A stretch of 63,955 bases of DNA, filler included, from Hausera hauseri (GCA_046269625.1; 11 parts of 11 records of this genome joined end to end with filler, not necessarily neighbours in it), one strand, 5' to 3'; shown: positions 11,383-24,700, counted from the first letter of the whole stretch. The notes: a model not told the origin generated them from the letters alone. Made by a program: numbers and translations.

Positions 11383-13391
11383 ACTGTTCTTTATCTGACT
11401 AGGTCTACCAGTTGAGTCTACCTCGACTGTTTTCTCCTTGATACTTCGTACTAACTCTTGTTCATGTTTCCTTAGCTCACTCTCTTTAGCGGCAGGTTTA
11501 CATCTATTGACATGAACCTTAAGTGAAACATAATTTTTCTTCAAACAGATGTTTGGTAGATCTGCCTTCTCCACTTCGTATGATTCTTTATATGGTCTGT
11601 CCAGTTTAGATGTCTTACCTTTCTTAATTACTGGTGAGGGTAACATCACTTTATCTCCTATTTTTATTGTTGGTTGTTTAGCATTCTTGTCGTAATATTA
11701 CTTATATTTTAAGTTATAGACCTTCTGATTATCCCCGATTATTTTATATGCTAATTGGAGACGTTCTTACATTAGCTGCTTATATTCTTCTACTTCTGTC
11801 AAATGTGAAGTAGGTTTTACATTAAATTCAAAATCTATTGGTAGTCCCGCGTCCCTTAAATACATCAAATAGAAGGGTGTTTCTTTGGTAGCCTCATGAA
11901 CCGAAGTCCGATTTACAAAAACACGTGCATTGATGTATACATCCCAGTTGACCTGTCTAGTATTTACTACTGTTTGCAATTTTCCTTTCAAATCTCCTAT
12001 ATATCTTTCCACCATTCCATTATTTTCTGAATGTCCGGGTGTGGATCGAAGTTTTTATTATTCTCAGAATGTCATATATGTCTTGCATTACTGTCTCAGT
12101 TAAATTTGATACCTGATCAGTTAGAAGAATTCGCGGAGCTTTGTAATTAAATACCATGTTCTCCACAAATTTCTCAGCAATTGTCTCTGCCTTCATGTTG
12201 GCCATAGGTAAGGCGACAATCCAACGGGTGAAGTAGTCGATAAAGACTAAAATATATTTGCTTCCGTTTCGTGTTAATGGCAATGGTTCTGTTATATCCA
12301 TCGCGGTAAACTCAAATGGTGCTAGTGGGTTGTCCCACACTTTGAGGTGCGCTTTGAATTTTGATCCCGTGTTCTTCCGGGTGGCACATAGTTTACAACT
12401 ATCGCACCATTCCTGCACATCTTTCGTTATCGTTGTCCAGAAGTATTTTGGTTTCAATTTATTCAGTGTCTTACATGCTGATTGGTGTCCACCAAGTAAT
12501 CCTTCATGGTATTTGGTTAACAGAACTGCTCTGTTCTTCTTTGGAATTACTAAGGCGGGTCCGTTTTGATAGATAAAGTATAAAATCCTTCTCTGTCTTC
12601 GTAAGCTTCACTGAATATAGCCAGATGGCGGGCTAATTCTTTATCAGTCAGTACTGTTTTGTCTTTTATGTATTTCCTGATGGGTTTTATTTCCATATCT
12701 TCATTTTGATTCGCCCTAATTTTTTCTACTGATCCTTCCATACTCCATACCTCTGCCACTACGGCTTTCTCTGTTTTTGTTGTGTTGGGCATTCTGGATA
12801 AGTTATCTGCATTTGCGTTTTGTGGTCCAGGTTTATACTGGAAATTTAATGTATAAGGCTGTAGCTTTAAAGCCCATCGTAGCAGTCTACTATTTGGATT
12901 CTCATGCTGTTTTAACCATTGGAGTGGTCTATGATCTGTTAAATTAAGATAGGTTTATTTTTGCTAATATATGGTGAAAATACCTCTAAGGCAAATATTA
13001 CTACTAACAATTCCTTTTCAATTACGGCATATTTCTTCTGATGTTTGTAGAGTTCCCTTGAGACTTAGGCCACTGGATGTTCCTTTCCATCTTCGCCCTT
13101 CTGTGACTACACTGCTCCTACTCCGTAATCGCTTGCACCGGTTGCCAAGATGAGTGGCTAGGTCATATCAGGATAGAACAATATTGGAGCTGTTAATAGT
13201 CTATCTTTCAAATACTCAAAAGCTTTTTGGCACTCATTCGTCCATAGTACTTTTTCTCGGTCTTCCTTCAAAAATTCATGTAGAGGTTTTTCAGTGTTGC
13301 TGAAATCCTTTATAAATCTTCGATAATAATTTGCCAGACCTAAGAATCGTCGTAATTTAATAACAGTACTTGGTTTTGGAAAATCTCTGTT
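11383..13391 (-). pseudogene. Ty3/Gypsy pol fragment (end of RT, RNase H, integrase, GPY/F tail)
   Basis: LRRFLGLANYYRRF, HRPLQWLK, RLLRWALKLQPY..FQYKPG.QNANADNLSR, integrase Zn finger (YFW..ITKDV..WCDSCKLC), AMDITEPLP, FIDYFTRW, LTDQVSN and KKGKTSKLDRPYK. Confidence 0.9.
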
Positions 13392-13491
13392 NNNNNNNNN
13401 NNNNNNNNNNNNNNNNNNNNNNNNNNNNNNNNNNNTTAATTAATTAANNNNNNNNNNNNNNNNNNNNNNNNNNNNNNNNNNNNNNNNNNNN

Positions 13492-14350
13492 GGCAGACAT
13501 ACTCAGACAAACATGCAAACGTCCCCCTCAGTCACGTAACAGGCCTCGTATGGCCCGATAAACCAGGCACTGAGTTTAATACCAGACCACCGACACTCCA
13601 AGAAATTGGAAACGCGTTGCATTGCAGACAGCGAGCTGCAAATTGGCGCCATGTCCAAACGGAGTGCCATACATAGTCTACAACAGACGTCCTGGTATGA
13701 TGAAACGTCTCCACAGAAAGTTGAAAAGTGCATGGAGAACGGGGCACGTAAGCAAAGAGCGGAAAAACTAAAGGACAAAACTCGGCCGATATTAGTCAGT
13801 TTCGAGCAATCTCGCTACTTAATGTTGAGAGAAAGATATTCTTCTCTGTGATGGCCAGAAGGTTCACAACATACCTCTTGGAGAACGGTTATATCGACAC
13901 AACGGTACAGAAAGGAGGTGTTCATGGCACACCCGGGTGCATGGAACACGCCACCATGATATGGGAATCCATACAGAGGGCTAAGCCTGAGAAAACCGAG
14001 TTACACGTAATTTGGCTAGACTTGGCGAATGCATACGGCTCTGCCCCCCACCAGATGTTGTGGCAGGCACTCGAAATCTACCATGTGCCCCAGGAGATTG
14101 TTGCGATGCTCAATATGTACTTCACAGAGTTCACCCTCAGATTCTCAACAAAGGAATTTACGACGGATTGGATCGAACTGCAAGTGGGAATTGCTATAGG
14201 ATGTACCATATCACCAATATTGTTTGTGCTGGCTATGCAAGTCATTTTAAAAGCGGCGGAAAACTCCGCGAAATTCCCAAGTTTCGAGAGTGGCTGCCAT
14301 ATGCCCCCTCCCCCAACTAAAGGCATTTATGGATGACACAATAACGTTAC
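13492..14350 (+). mobile_element. Non-LTR retrotransposon RT fragment (Hero/NeSL-like, RLE group)
   Basis: VQKGGVHGTPGCMEH, IWLDLANAYGSAPH, GIAIGCTISPILF, then FMDD at 14326 after a frameshift. Truncated just after this. Confidence 0.8.
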
Positions 14351-14470
14351 ATGTGCGTGGCCCTTTTGATTTCTTTATAACTATTCAAAACGTATGACAA
14401 CTTGTTTTTCAGAAGATGCTTCACCCTACAACCATCTTACAGACTGGAGTTTGAAATGTGCCACTACTTT

Positions 14471-14575
14471 CATCATCATCATCATCAGGTGTCACACGGT
14501 GAAGCGTAGGTCGTCGTGGATCTCCTTATCTTGTGATTCCTGGTGTCTCCAATCATCTCTGCTGTTGACTTACTT
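14471..14575 (-). mobile_element. Probable 3' end of an RTE-like LINE with (GAT)n tail
   Basis: Minus strand reads DWR...IHDDLR followed by a (TGA)5 microsatellite tail. Confidence 0.35.
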
Positions 14576-14769
14576 CTGAGCTATTCTATCACTACTACCG
14601 GCATACTCCTTCTTTATACAATGCTGCTTGTTGGCGTGCAAAAGTAGAAGAAACATTGGTATGCGTGAGTCGTATATTAGATGGGAAACAATTAGTATTT
14701 CAAGTGGTGCTTTTTGGCTTATATAGAAAAATACGGTGGGGCAAGGCTGGAGCAATGAGGTACGTTCTC

Positions 14770-15500
14770 TGGTCGGGTACACAGATAGATAAGAGGAGAC
14801 AAATTTTTGGTGAAATTTTATTTTTTGTTGGGTACCGTAATTGTTTTATGTTGGATAGATGTTATGTAATGGTGTTTGTTCTTATGCAATCTGATTGTAA
14901 GCAAGTAGGTACCTGGGCAAATAGTAAGGGGAGACAATTTTTGACGAATTTGCTAGACGACGTGTAATACTTATGTAGGCAAGTTATGTAATGTCATATT
15001 ATTGTCCCCAGGTGGGTGAAGACTTGATAAGAGTAGATGTTGTCAGAAGGTAGATACTTATTAGGTTAGGTGGATACCCAGGTTGGTCGCCTTGTAGCAT
15101 GATTATTTATATGTAACAGTGTTTTGTGTTATGCAAGGTATATGTGGGAATGGGTCTTCGGGGTGTCATTAGCAGGTGGGTACCCAGATATTAAGGGGAG
15201 ATAATTTTATGAAATGTATTTTGATGACGTAAGATATTTTTATGTGGTTAGATGTTATTATACTTCATCATCATTCTTTTGATGACATTTTGGTGGCATA
15301 ATGTATATTTTAAAGTTAGAATCAACATCACCATCCTTTGATGACGTCACAATTTTGATGCAGTAAAATATTTGTATGTACCAGTATCGTCGTTAGATTT
15401 TTATGCACGGTACCGTCATCCTTAATGATGATGTTTTATGTAGTTGTATGCATCATCCCCATCATTCTTTTGATGACGTTATATTTTGTGACGTCGGATA
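14770..15500. repeat. Degenerate repeat array with imperfect CATCA-Nn-TGATG palindromes
   Basis: GGTAC...AAGRGGAGAYAATTTT units at ~14775, 14908 and 15178. CATCATYCTTTTGATGAYG-like units at ~15269, 15329, 15413 and 15460. Confidence 0.55.
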
Positions 15501-16554
15501 TAGCCAGGTAAAATTTTAAGGAATGGGGCGGTGTGTTATGTCTAGTTATCATCGTCACATGTCCCATATCAGCACCATCACCCTCAGCTTGGAATTTTGT
15601 TTTAGGGCGCTGGCTATGTGTTGGTAGTTGCGTTTGCCTTCAATTTTTAAAATTGTAAACAGAGGTGTAGATTTGTAAACAACTCTTGTAGATAATTACA
15701 CCTCCTTCCACGCAAAACGGCCACAAACTTAAGTTTTTAGCATCATTTGTTAACATGTAGGACAGGCAATAATTAACGATTTTGAAGGTAGACAAGTGAC
15801 GCTCAGACAACGTTAGTGCCACGCACCAAAAATTGATAAGAGCTACTGGTATCAGATTACCATTTTGGCAGGCTCATAGTGATTTTCACGCGAATTTTAT
15901 GCTGGTTCCTATGTTGGCAATTTCTTGTAACAAATCATCCCAGACGTATCGGGATGCCCACAGTCCTTGGTGACAATACCAAACTCGACATTTTTTTTTA
16001 AGAATATTCAGACATCTGATTTATAAAGTCATTATACCCAGACACGCTTCATGGAGCAGATGCCAGCTGTTACCTGCACATTCAGTACTGAGTATGGTAA
16101 GTTAATTATGCACGCACAGCTATTGCACGTGTGACAATCACATGATTTATTATTTTTTTACTTGTTAGGTCCGTGGGTAGGAGTATGGAGGAGCATCATC
16201 ATACTGGTGGTGGTGGGATGGTTTCACAAATAAGGGGAGAACATTTTTGTAAACTAAGTCATCGGGTCGTGTTGTTAGACTGTTTTTCTGATGCCATTTT
16301 TTTTCGAATGTAGGTATCATCACTGTCATATAAGGGCAGTTAGGGATACTACTGACCAGGACCTTCTGACACATTCATGAAGGCGGGTGGGTGATATGTA
16401 ATTAGTCACAAGGTTGGTCTGTGATTGTCAGCACAGGTGGATGTCTCAAAGAGTCTGGGTGTAAGTATTAATCATATATTAGTGACCAAGGCCTTAACAC
16501 AACCCCAAATAGGTGGAGCATATGATCTGAGTGTTAGCATTGACATGTGGGCAA

Positions 16555-17729
16555 ATGAGTTATGAGTTATGAGCTGGATCATCGTCGATGCACTCTGGAC
16601 AAGTCCATAGGTGCTCAGATCTCCGCATCACTATTTCCCGCAGCGTGTGATGGTCAACTATGCCAGTTCTGTGTTGATTAATAAGTCGTCTTGCACGTCC
16701 GATGTGACGCTCGCCTTTGGCTTGGCCGTGTTTAATCCCCAGTTCACGCATTCTGGAGATCGATGCTGTATCGCGATTGGTGAAGTCCTCAGTCCGTTCA
16801 CACTCTCTGAGAGTGTTGATGATATCAGCACGATCCATTGGCTGACCGTCTGATATGACAGCTAAGCTGGCCAGTCGGTCAGCTCTCTCGTTGCCCTCAA
16901 CACCTGCATGGCCTGGTACGAATATGAAGGTGACCCTGCGGACTGTAGATCTCTGCAGTGATTCAAGCCACTGCCTGCGGGCCCAGCCAGATTTTACCTT
17001 CTGGAGCATGTTCATTGAGTCGGACAGAATGCAAACGTGAGTATAATTCTGTGTTTCAAGCCACTGGAGGGCTTTCGTCACTGCCATCACCTCCATAGTT
17101 AGGCTGCTGGTAGTCACGGCGAAGGCGCCGCTAGCCTCTTTGACTGTTCTTCCACTTGAGCGGGCTGTGAATGCCCATGCGCATCGATGTTGACGAATGA
17201 CTGAGCCGTCTGTGTAAATGACAGGGTCGTTTTCAGTGGAATATTCGCTGACAAGTGCTTGAACTTCAGCCTGCGCGGCGATAGGACTTTGCTCTTTGGA
17301 TTTCCTATCAAGAGTGATGATGACCGAGAAGATGTCTCGAGATGTGCGAGGGATCGAAACCCATTCCTCTCCTGGTTCTATGACTGCACCTCTGCATACC
17401 TGTGTAATGATATCTTCTGCTCTGCCCATCCATGACCTGCCTCTCTTCAGTCTGCTACCCTTGTTCTTAATGAGCTCTGAGTGTAGCGGGTGTTGCACAT
17501 CAGCGCTGATCTTCAGATATGCACGAGTTCTACAGATGTTGATCCTGTGTTCCATAGTTGGAAGGTCTAAAAGATATCGCATGGCAACACATGGTGTATC
17601 TTTTGTGCATCCCAGTATGATGCGCATGGCCTCATTCTGAATTCGTTCGAGTTTGACAATCTGTGTGTGGCTGATGGTGAGGATCGGCAGCGCGTATTCA
17701 ATGACTGACAGGACTAGACCGTGATACAA
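16555..17729 (-). mobile_element. Non-LTR retrotransposon 3' end with RNase H (I-group/Ingi-like); ORF 16560-17729 is open
   Basis: RT thumb (LERIQNEAMRIILG), then RNase H IYTDGS, MEVMAVTKAL, LSDS and VPGHAGVEGNERADRLA, then a CPEC C-terminus and a (CATAACT)n tail overlapping the stop. Confidence 0.85.
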
Positions 17730-20700
17730 NNNNNNNNNNNNNNNNNNNNNNNNNNNNNNNNNNNNNNNNNNNNTTAATTAATTAANNNNNNNNNNNNNNN
17801 NNNNNNNNNNNNNNNNNNNNNNNNNNNNNTGCAGCTCTTCTTTCAATTAAGAAGGAGTGTCTGCACCCAATCCTACTGTTGGCCATTAAGATGCGCAAGC
17901 ATAATTAAACAGCTGTGCCATAACTTTGGTTTTATCACTGGATGCTTGCATACTGTGACAGAAGTGCCCCAGGAACTGCACCATGTAGTGAGCTGTCAAC
18001 TGTGTGCAAGAATATACACAGAAGACAGCATCACAGTAGTTGAATATATAATGGATGACAACTGAATATTGAGGCTAAACAGCCTACATCTATGTACAAA
18101 ACATAAACACACATAATCACTTAACTCACCGACCATCAATAATTTAAGTTGTGCCAATCATTCGATGGGCAAAAATTGTATGGATTATTTTCAATTCAGG
18201 AGAAAAAACATTTAAAAGGACCATTTTTGTTATTTTGGCTTCATGGGCAAGAAGTATTTTCACATTATTAATCGTCATTATATTTTAAATAACTCTGCTT
18301 CACAATGCATGAGTGGTACTTGTACGTGCATGACTGTAAAGCTTTGCTTTACAAACGAAGCCGAATTAAAACAAAAATAATAAATTTAAATAACTGAAAA
18401 AATGAAATCACCAAAAAATAAAATTTTAGCACAAGAAAGTTGTTTAAATTCTCAGAAATAAAGGGGGGAGATTTTTAAAAAAGATCTCATCAAAAACCAA
18501 GAATCGTCGAGTTGTCCGTCATTAATCACGATGAACCTTTCGTCCTAGCGGGTTGCACTGTTTCTTCTGCTGTTGCGAACCAGTCATTGGTTCTATGCAC
18601 TGCTACATGAAGTTCATCAACAACAAAATCAATCAAAGTCATTAGCAGATCAGCCAGAAAAACTCAAACTACGTATTCCACCGCTAAGGAAACACCAAAG
18701 AGAAAAGGAAAATTCCAGCGAATCCACATAGTTGTCATCGTCATTGTCAGCAGAAGCCGCCGCCGCAACGTCATCATCATCAAAGCGAAAACATACGAAT
18801 TTAACAATCACAAGTCGAATGGACAATCTATTCGGCGATCAATCGACACTGATCGTTAACAATGACAATTATTGAAATTACGACGAATTCGTCATTCATC
18901 AATTCGACATGGAATTCGTCCATCAACCCAACTACGCCGTTTGACCTCATCACGACTGTATAATCCGTGTACAAAATTTTCCATTGTCAACAATATTTCC
19001 CATAGTCACTATTAGATATCGAATACGAATTCAGTCGAATTGAAGCAGATATGAGTGCAGTTATTTTCTGATAAATTTTATTATTATCATCATAATCACG
19101 AAACCAACAAACAACTGCAGTAGCAGTAACGATAACAACGACAACGTCGCAAAGGAAATGTCTATGCGATAATAGAACAAACAGTACGGCGTCCAGGATA
19201 TCTCCACCAACCGCTCACTTGGTGTCGAGAACAACTCCACCAACACAATCTACAACGCCGAGATCGCTTCCTTCAAAATGTGTCTTTGAACATTAAACCT
19301 TCTAACCTGCATTTATTGTGTTCTTTTAGATTTTTACCAGTCATTTTATTCGACTGAATTTTAGTACTTATATCATTCAGCCGATACAAAGCTTCTGAAT
19401 AATAGGGAAAAATTAAAATGATTGCAGCAACTATCACACCCACGTTCCTTTCGGAGAGAACTGTCGAGCTTTGTACGGTCTCTGCATCACACAGCCGTTG
19501 ACAGCAATACGGCTCGAATTCCCAGAAGTGTCGTTGAAATTAATCCGGTTAGCACATTCGTTACTGGCGTTTACAGCAATCCGACATCATTACACGACAA
19601 AATCGATGAACCGGTCACACATTCGTGCATCACTAAATGTGATGATACAATAGCCGCTGACAATAGTTTTAGCAAGGTTAATAATCAGAAAATCGAGAGT
19701 TTAAAAACGCCGTCTACCATGACGCATTAAAATTCATTAAACAATCTCACGATTCTCGTTTTCGATTTGACAGGGTTAGCGAGTTATTCCCCAACCGTTG
19801 TCAGGTACATTCCCTACAAATGTTGTTCGGTCGATCATCTATCACAGACCATCCTATTCAACTAACGTCAATATAAAAACACTCCTGGAATAACGTTTTT
19901 CACGCGTGCTACATCTATTTACAGTTCCACTTCACGCTTCCGTTGAAACAGATTCATAACCGCAACACTCGAGTGTCTACCATGGAAGCGCGTCATAAAT
20001 TAATTCACACAAATTTAACGAGCAAGCTTGAAAATGCTGGTACAATGGTACATATCGGTAAACATTTCGACTCTGTCGTGAAAACGCACTTGATCATAAA
20101 TCCACTTATTTCGTCAAGAAGAATTGAAATAACCGAGATTTCAATTTTCAAATCAAACGGTTGATATTGTAGCACTTCTGCTACAAAGTCATTGTGCAAT
20201 TTACGGATTCACCATTTGACAAATACACGTTTGGCAAAATAAAATAAAACGGATGCAAAATATCAACAGCGAATTTGGATCACGACTTCAGTTCGATTCT
20301 CAATTATTTCGTCGGCAAATGAAGAACGATTCCTTTAGCTTTTCAAACTTTTTCAAAACAAGTTCTCACATCACTCTTATTTTCAAAATTCATGTCCAAT
20401 CACAATGTGTTTGAAAAAGAAGCCAAGAAAGCAAATGAAAGGCAAAGCAAATGCCGGTGCTTAAGAACTCATCTTCAGTTCCTCATTCGTCGTCTCCAAC
20501 AGCCCCGAAAAATGGGCATTGCACCGAAAATATGCTCATTGAAATAATGAAATGCTCATGAAATATTTTCAGAGGCGATGACAAAGTTCGAATAATTCCA
20601 CAAAGAGATGCGAAATATCCACGTATATGTACCACATGGGGAGAGCACATTTCAGCCAGCCTCTTATACAGTGTCGAGTTCAATTCCACCAACACCATAA

Positions 20701-20953
20701 AATGCGTTTTTAAATGTGTTTTTAAATAATACATATTCTCCAATTAATGTGGTATTGTTTATTTCCTCACTCGTTTTCGCTGGTTTTAGTGTTTATATTG
20801 TGCAGCTTGTATAAGGCTTTTGAACAATAGAAAAACATTAAATGATTATTAGAGTATTTTGGCACGATTTTTTATTTATAATATATTGTTTCTAATTTAC
20901 AAACTGATCTCAAAAATTTAATTGTTATTTCTGTAAATTATTTAGATTTTCAA

Positions 20954-21493
20954 ATGATTGACAACGCAGTCTCAGTAATCATATTCATCTCGCTTTTCAT
21001 TCTCTTCCTTTTGACATCTCTCGTTGGTGTATGTGTCGTGTTAACATGGAAACATCGTTCTAAGAACACCATACCTCAAAATAATTTAAACCTTGCACAT
21101 AACTTTTATATCCCAAAATTGCTGTTGACGGAAATTCAGCCAAACACAAAAGATCTGAAAGGAATGCGCCGCAGTACGGAACCGGAAAGTGTAACACAGT
21201 CAAAAGAATTTCTTGGTACTGATTGGAGACGGCATAGTGACCACGAAACTCTAAAAGACAAAAACAGTTTTCGTAAAGCCAGCTTACGACCGGATCGTTT
21301 TATGAGAAGAGGTCTATTGGATGTTCCATCCAACGTCGTCGTAACATTGTTGCCAAGCAAACTATGCTTCTCACTGAAGTATAAGTCAAAAATTCAAAGC
21401 CTTTTCGTATTGATAGAAAAAGCCACAAATCTTCCTGTGAACATTCAGAAATCGGCATCGTATTCGGTAAAGATCATGGTTCTCTGTGATTAA
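20954..21493 (+). CDS. Host gene exon: N-terminal TM anchor, linker and start of a C2 domain (synaptotagmin-like)
   Basis: Hydrophobic VSVIIFISLFILFLLTSLVGVCVVLTW followed by KHR. KLCFSLKY....LFVLIEKATNLP resembles the first strands of C2A. An acceptor-like TTTAG lies just upstream. Probably continues by splicing. Confidence 0.6.
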   Translation: MIDNAVSVIIFISLFILFLLTSLVGVCVVLTWKHRSKNTIPQNNLNLAHNFYIPKLLLTEIQPNTKDLKGMRRSTEPESVTQSKEFLGTDWRRHSDHETLKDKNSFRKASLRPDRFMRRGLLDVPSNVVVTLLPSKLCFSLKYKSKIQSLFVLIEKATNLPVNIQKSASYSVKIMVLCD

Positions 21494-21742
21494 AAAAAAT
21501 GCAACCCTACGATGAGATGAAACACTGGAGACCAGTTAACCGTAGGCTTCCTTGTATATGAGACAACATTACCCTTGCCTAGCTTGGACTTAATCATTGT
21601 AATCGATAGGCGGACTAAAGTTTGATTACCAGAGCAAGAAAAATAACTCCTCTCCCCTTACTGGTCAAGTGGAAGAGTGATCTTCCTTTATTTCGGTCTG
21701 TTTAGTCCCAGCCACAACAATAAGCTACTCTGTACTGTGTAC

Positions 21743-22059
21743 CAGTGGTTCTCAACGGTTGACCTCGGGACACACGTGCGCCGTTAAGATTTGCTAGATG
21801 AGTCGCAAAACTTCCGATTCTTTTTTATACTTGCAGTAAATATTTAATTTCGGAAAAGGAACAACGAGAAAATATTTAAACATGTTTATTATACAGACAA
21901 ATTATTTGCTTAGAATTTTAAAAAAAAAAAAGAGTTATTAATGAGAAACTTGGACTTATCGTTTCTTGCACAACAAGTTTAATTGGTGGTGGAACTGATG
22001 ATAAAAATATATGCATTTCTTCTTCGACTGACAGTGTCTGCTTTTTCGAGTCGTGTGAG
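21743..22059 (-). mobile_element. hAT (Charlie/Buster, ZBED5-like) transposon 3' end
   Basis: CAGTGGTTCTCAAC terminus at 21743. Minus strand ~21938-22050 reads SVEEEMHIFLSSVPPPIKL...VQVSH*, the typical C-terminus of this family. Confidence 0.7.
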
Positions 22060-22159
22060 NNNNNNNNNNNNNNNNNNNNNNNNNNNNNNNNNNNNNNNNN
22101 NNNTTAATTAATTAANNNNNNNNNNNNNNNNNNNNNNNNNNNNNNNNNNNNNNNNNNNN

Positions 22160-23433
22160 TGTTATAGCAACCTGTTGGAGAACGTTTTTCCATTGAAGAC
22201 AAAACTTATAGTGAAACTGTCATTTAATCTGAGCAGAAAGTCAGCTCGACGTAAGAAACGTGATGATGTAATTCCTATCCAGATCGTGAAGAACGTGGAA
22301 GAGTTTTACAAAAGTGAGACCTTTGTCAGACACGTCTACAATGCTAAGCGTCAGCACAGTGAACTGAGATATTTGAAAGAAAATCTAACAACTGGTAGAA
22401 TCATTTTACATGGGGATTTTGCTGAAAATTACACGCTCAGACAACGAAATGAAAAAATGGCTAATCACTGGGCTTCTAAACAAGTGACGGTTTTCATGGC
22501 TGTTGTTTATTACAAAAGTTGTGAAAACAATAGCTTGACGAGTACGTCATATGCATTTATCTGTGATGAGCAAATGGAGTATTTACCCATTAATCAAGCT
22601 CATTATTGAAGATATTGCAAAGCAAACTGAACCATTTAAGCACATCTACTATTGGACTGATGGTTGCGGAGCTGAGTTTAAGAACAAATACACTCTGTTC
22701 AACTTGTCTTATCATTCTGAATACTTTGGGTGCGCTGCAGAGTAGAATTTCTTCAAAACAGCTTATGGAAAGTGTCCAATTGATGCAGTTGGTAAAGTAG
22801 TTAAAAGGTTCAGTCTGACGTTGTACCAAGCAAAGAAAGGAAGTTCCAACAGACACCAAAGTTTTCTATCAGATAACAAATGCTACGTCAAATTCTATAA
22901 CCATTCTGTACGCATACAAGGAAACCATTGCCAAGATCATGCAAGACAAAATGTAGACAAGAGGTAGGAAAAATCCAAAACCATTACAGTCACCCGGAAA
23001 TTTCATCACTTCAAGCCATATGGGAAAGAAATATCATGTGCCATCAGTTCGTCATACACAGCAAGATCTGTGAATGAACAACCTACAAGGTCATCTGTTG
23101 ATGAACAGTCTATGAGTTTATCTGAAAATGAACTGTTTGAAAGCTCCGAGACGTTCCAGACTGAGGATTACGTTCTGGTTGCATTTAAATCAAATTAAAC
23201 GGTTCGTAAATGTGTTGGTTAGGTAACAGAAGTGAAACGGGCTGATAGTGATGTCACTGAATACAATGTCATATTTATTAGAGAGATAAATGTAGAGCTG
23301 TATTTGGATTTCCTGAAAGAGATGACTTGTGTTGGATTTCACCTAAACAAATAGTACTGAAACTTACTCCAGCAAACAAATACAGGAGAGAATTGTTCAA
23401 GTTTGACGTTCCTATTAATCTAGTCAACGAGTA
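22160..23433 (+). mobile_element. Decayed DDD transposase, probably Sola2-like
   Basis: GDFAENY, HWASKQVTVF, YWTDGCGAEFKNK, FFKTAYGKCPIDAVG and TRKFHHF, plus a C-terminal DYVLVAF...FPERDD SH3/Tudor-like tail. Several stops and frameshifts. Confidence 0.65.
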
Positions 23434-23442
23434 GAGTTGTAC

Positions 23443-24700
23443 TACTATGGACAAAAAAGTAATGAAACTGTATTTATAAAAAGTACGCGCGTTGAATATC
23501 TATGTGTATATTTATTTGGTAGGGTGGTATGACTATTGTGAACAGCTGACAGAAATTTCATGATATTTGCTTTGTTAGGTTAGAAATTACAGTATCTTTT
23601 GTGTTTGAATAAAATTGTTCTCGGCGATTTTTTAATACGGATAAATATGTGGAACAAAGGATTTGTATCAAATTTTGTCAAAAAAACGAAATTTCTTGTA
23701 CAAAAGTATTACGGCTATGAATGTTTATCAAGATTACAAATTTTAAGTGGTACAAATCATTTGTTGAGGGTCATGAAGCAGTAGAAGACGAACTTCGTTC
23801 AAGAAGGCCATCAATCTCTACTAATGATAAAATCATCAGCAAAATCAAGGAGCTTGTACTTTCCAATCGTCGATTGACTCAAAGTGACCTCATAGACAGT
23901 GTTGGTATATCAAAAGAATCAAATCAAACAATTTTAAAGGACGATTTGTGATTGTCTCGTGTGTATTCTCGTCTTGTTCCAAAAACCTTGAATGTGTTTG
24001 AAAAACAATGTCGTGTTCAAGTGGATGAAGATATGCTTTCCATGACTGATGATGATTTGAAATGCATAATTATTGGTGATGAGACTTGGATCTATGCTTA
24101 TAACTTGGAAACAGTTCTGCAACCCAATGAATATCGTGCTGCAGGTGAACAAAAACTGAAAAAAACCGCGTCGAAGCAAGTCAAAAATCAAGGTCATGTT
24201 GACTGTTTTCTTCGACCACCGTGGTGTTGTTCACAAAAAGTTCCTTCAAACTGGCAAAACAGTCAACAAAGTATATTATTTAGGCCTTTTGCTTCATTTA
24301 CGTGAGTTAATTCATGGTTTCTGCATCGCGATAACGCGCCATTCCATACAGCCTTAATAATTTCTCAGTATTCCATCAAAAATCAAGCAAGTGTCGTACC
24401 GCAAGCACCGTATTCGTCATATATGACTCCGTTTGACTTTTTCCTTTTTTCATCGATTGAAATTACCACTTCGTGGACATCGATTTGAGTCAATAGAAAC
24501 AATTCAAGAGAATTTGCTGGACGCTTGGTCGGCTATACCGGAAGCTGCGTACAATAACCGTTTCAAAGACTGAAAAAAAACGTTGGAATAAATGTACTCA
24601 AGATGGACTGGGTTACTTTAAAGGAGACACAATAAATTTGGATGAATAAAATATTTTCTGTTTTATTTAATCAGTCTCATTATTTTCTTCACATAAGTGT
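23443..24700 (+). mobile_element. Near full-length decayed mariner transposon
   Basis: FKWYKSF.EG, RLVPKTL, IIGDETWIY, LHRDNAPFH and PYSSYMTPFDFFLF. Degenerate inverted ends (AAGTAATGAAACTG near 23458 vs CAGTCTCATTATT near 24672). About 1.25 kb long. Confidence 0.88.

Noticed and set aside
17830-20750. Short ORFs such as 19422-19730 and 19061-19246 as genes
   Set aside because: They show no recognisable domain or consistent splice structure, and may be UTR or intronic host sequence.
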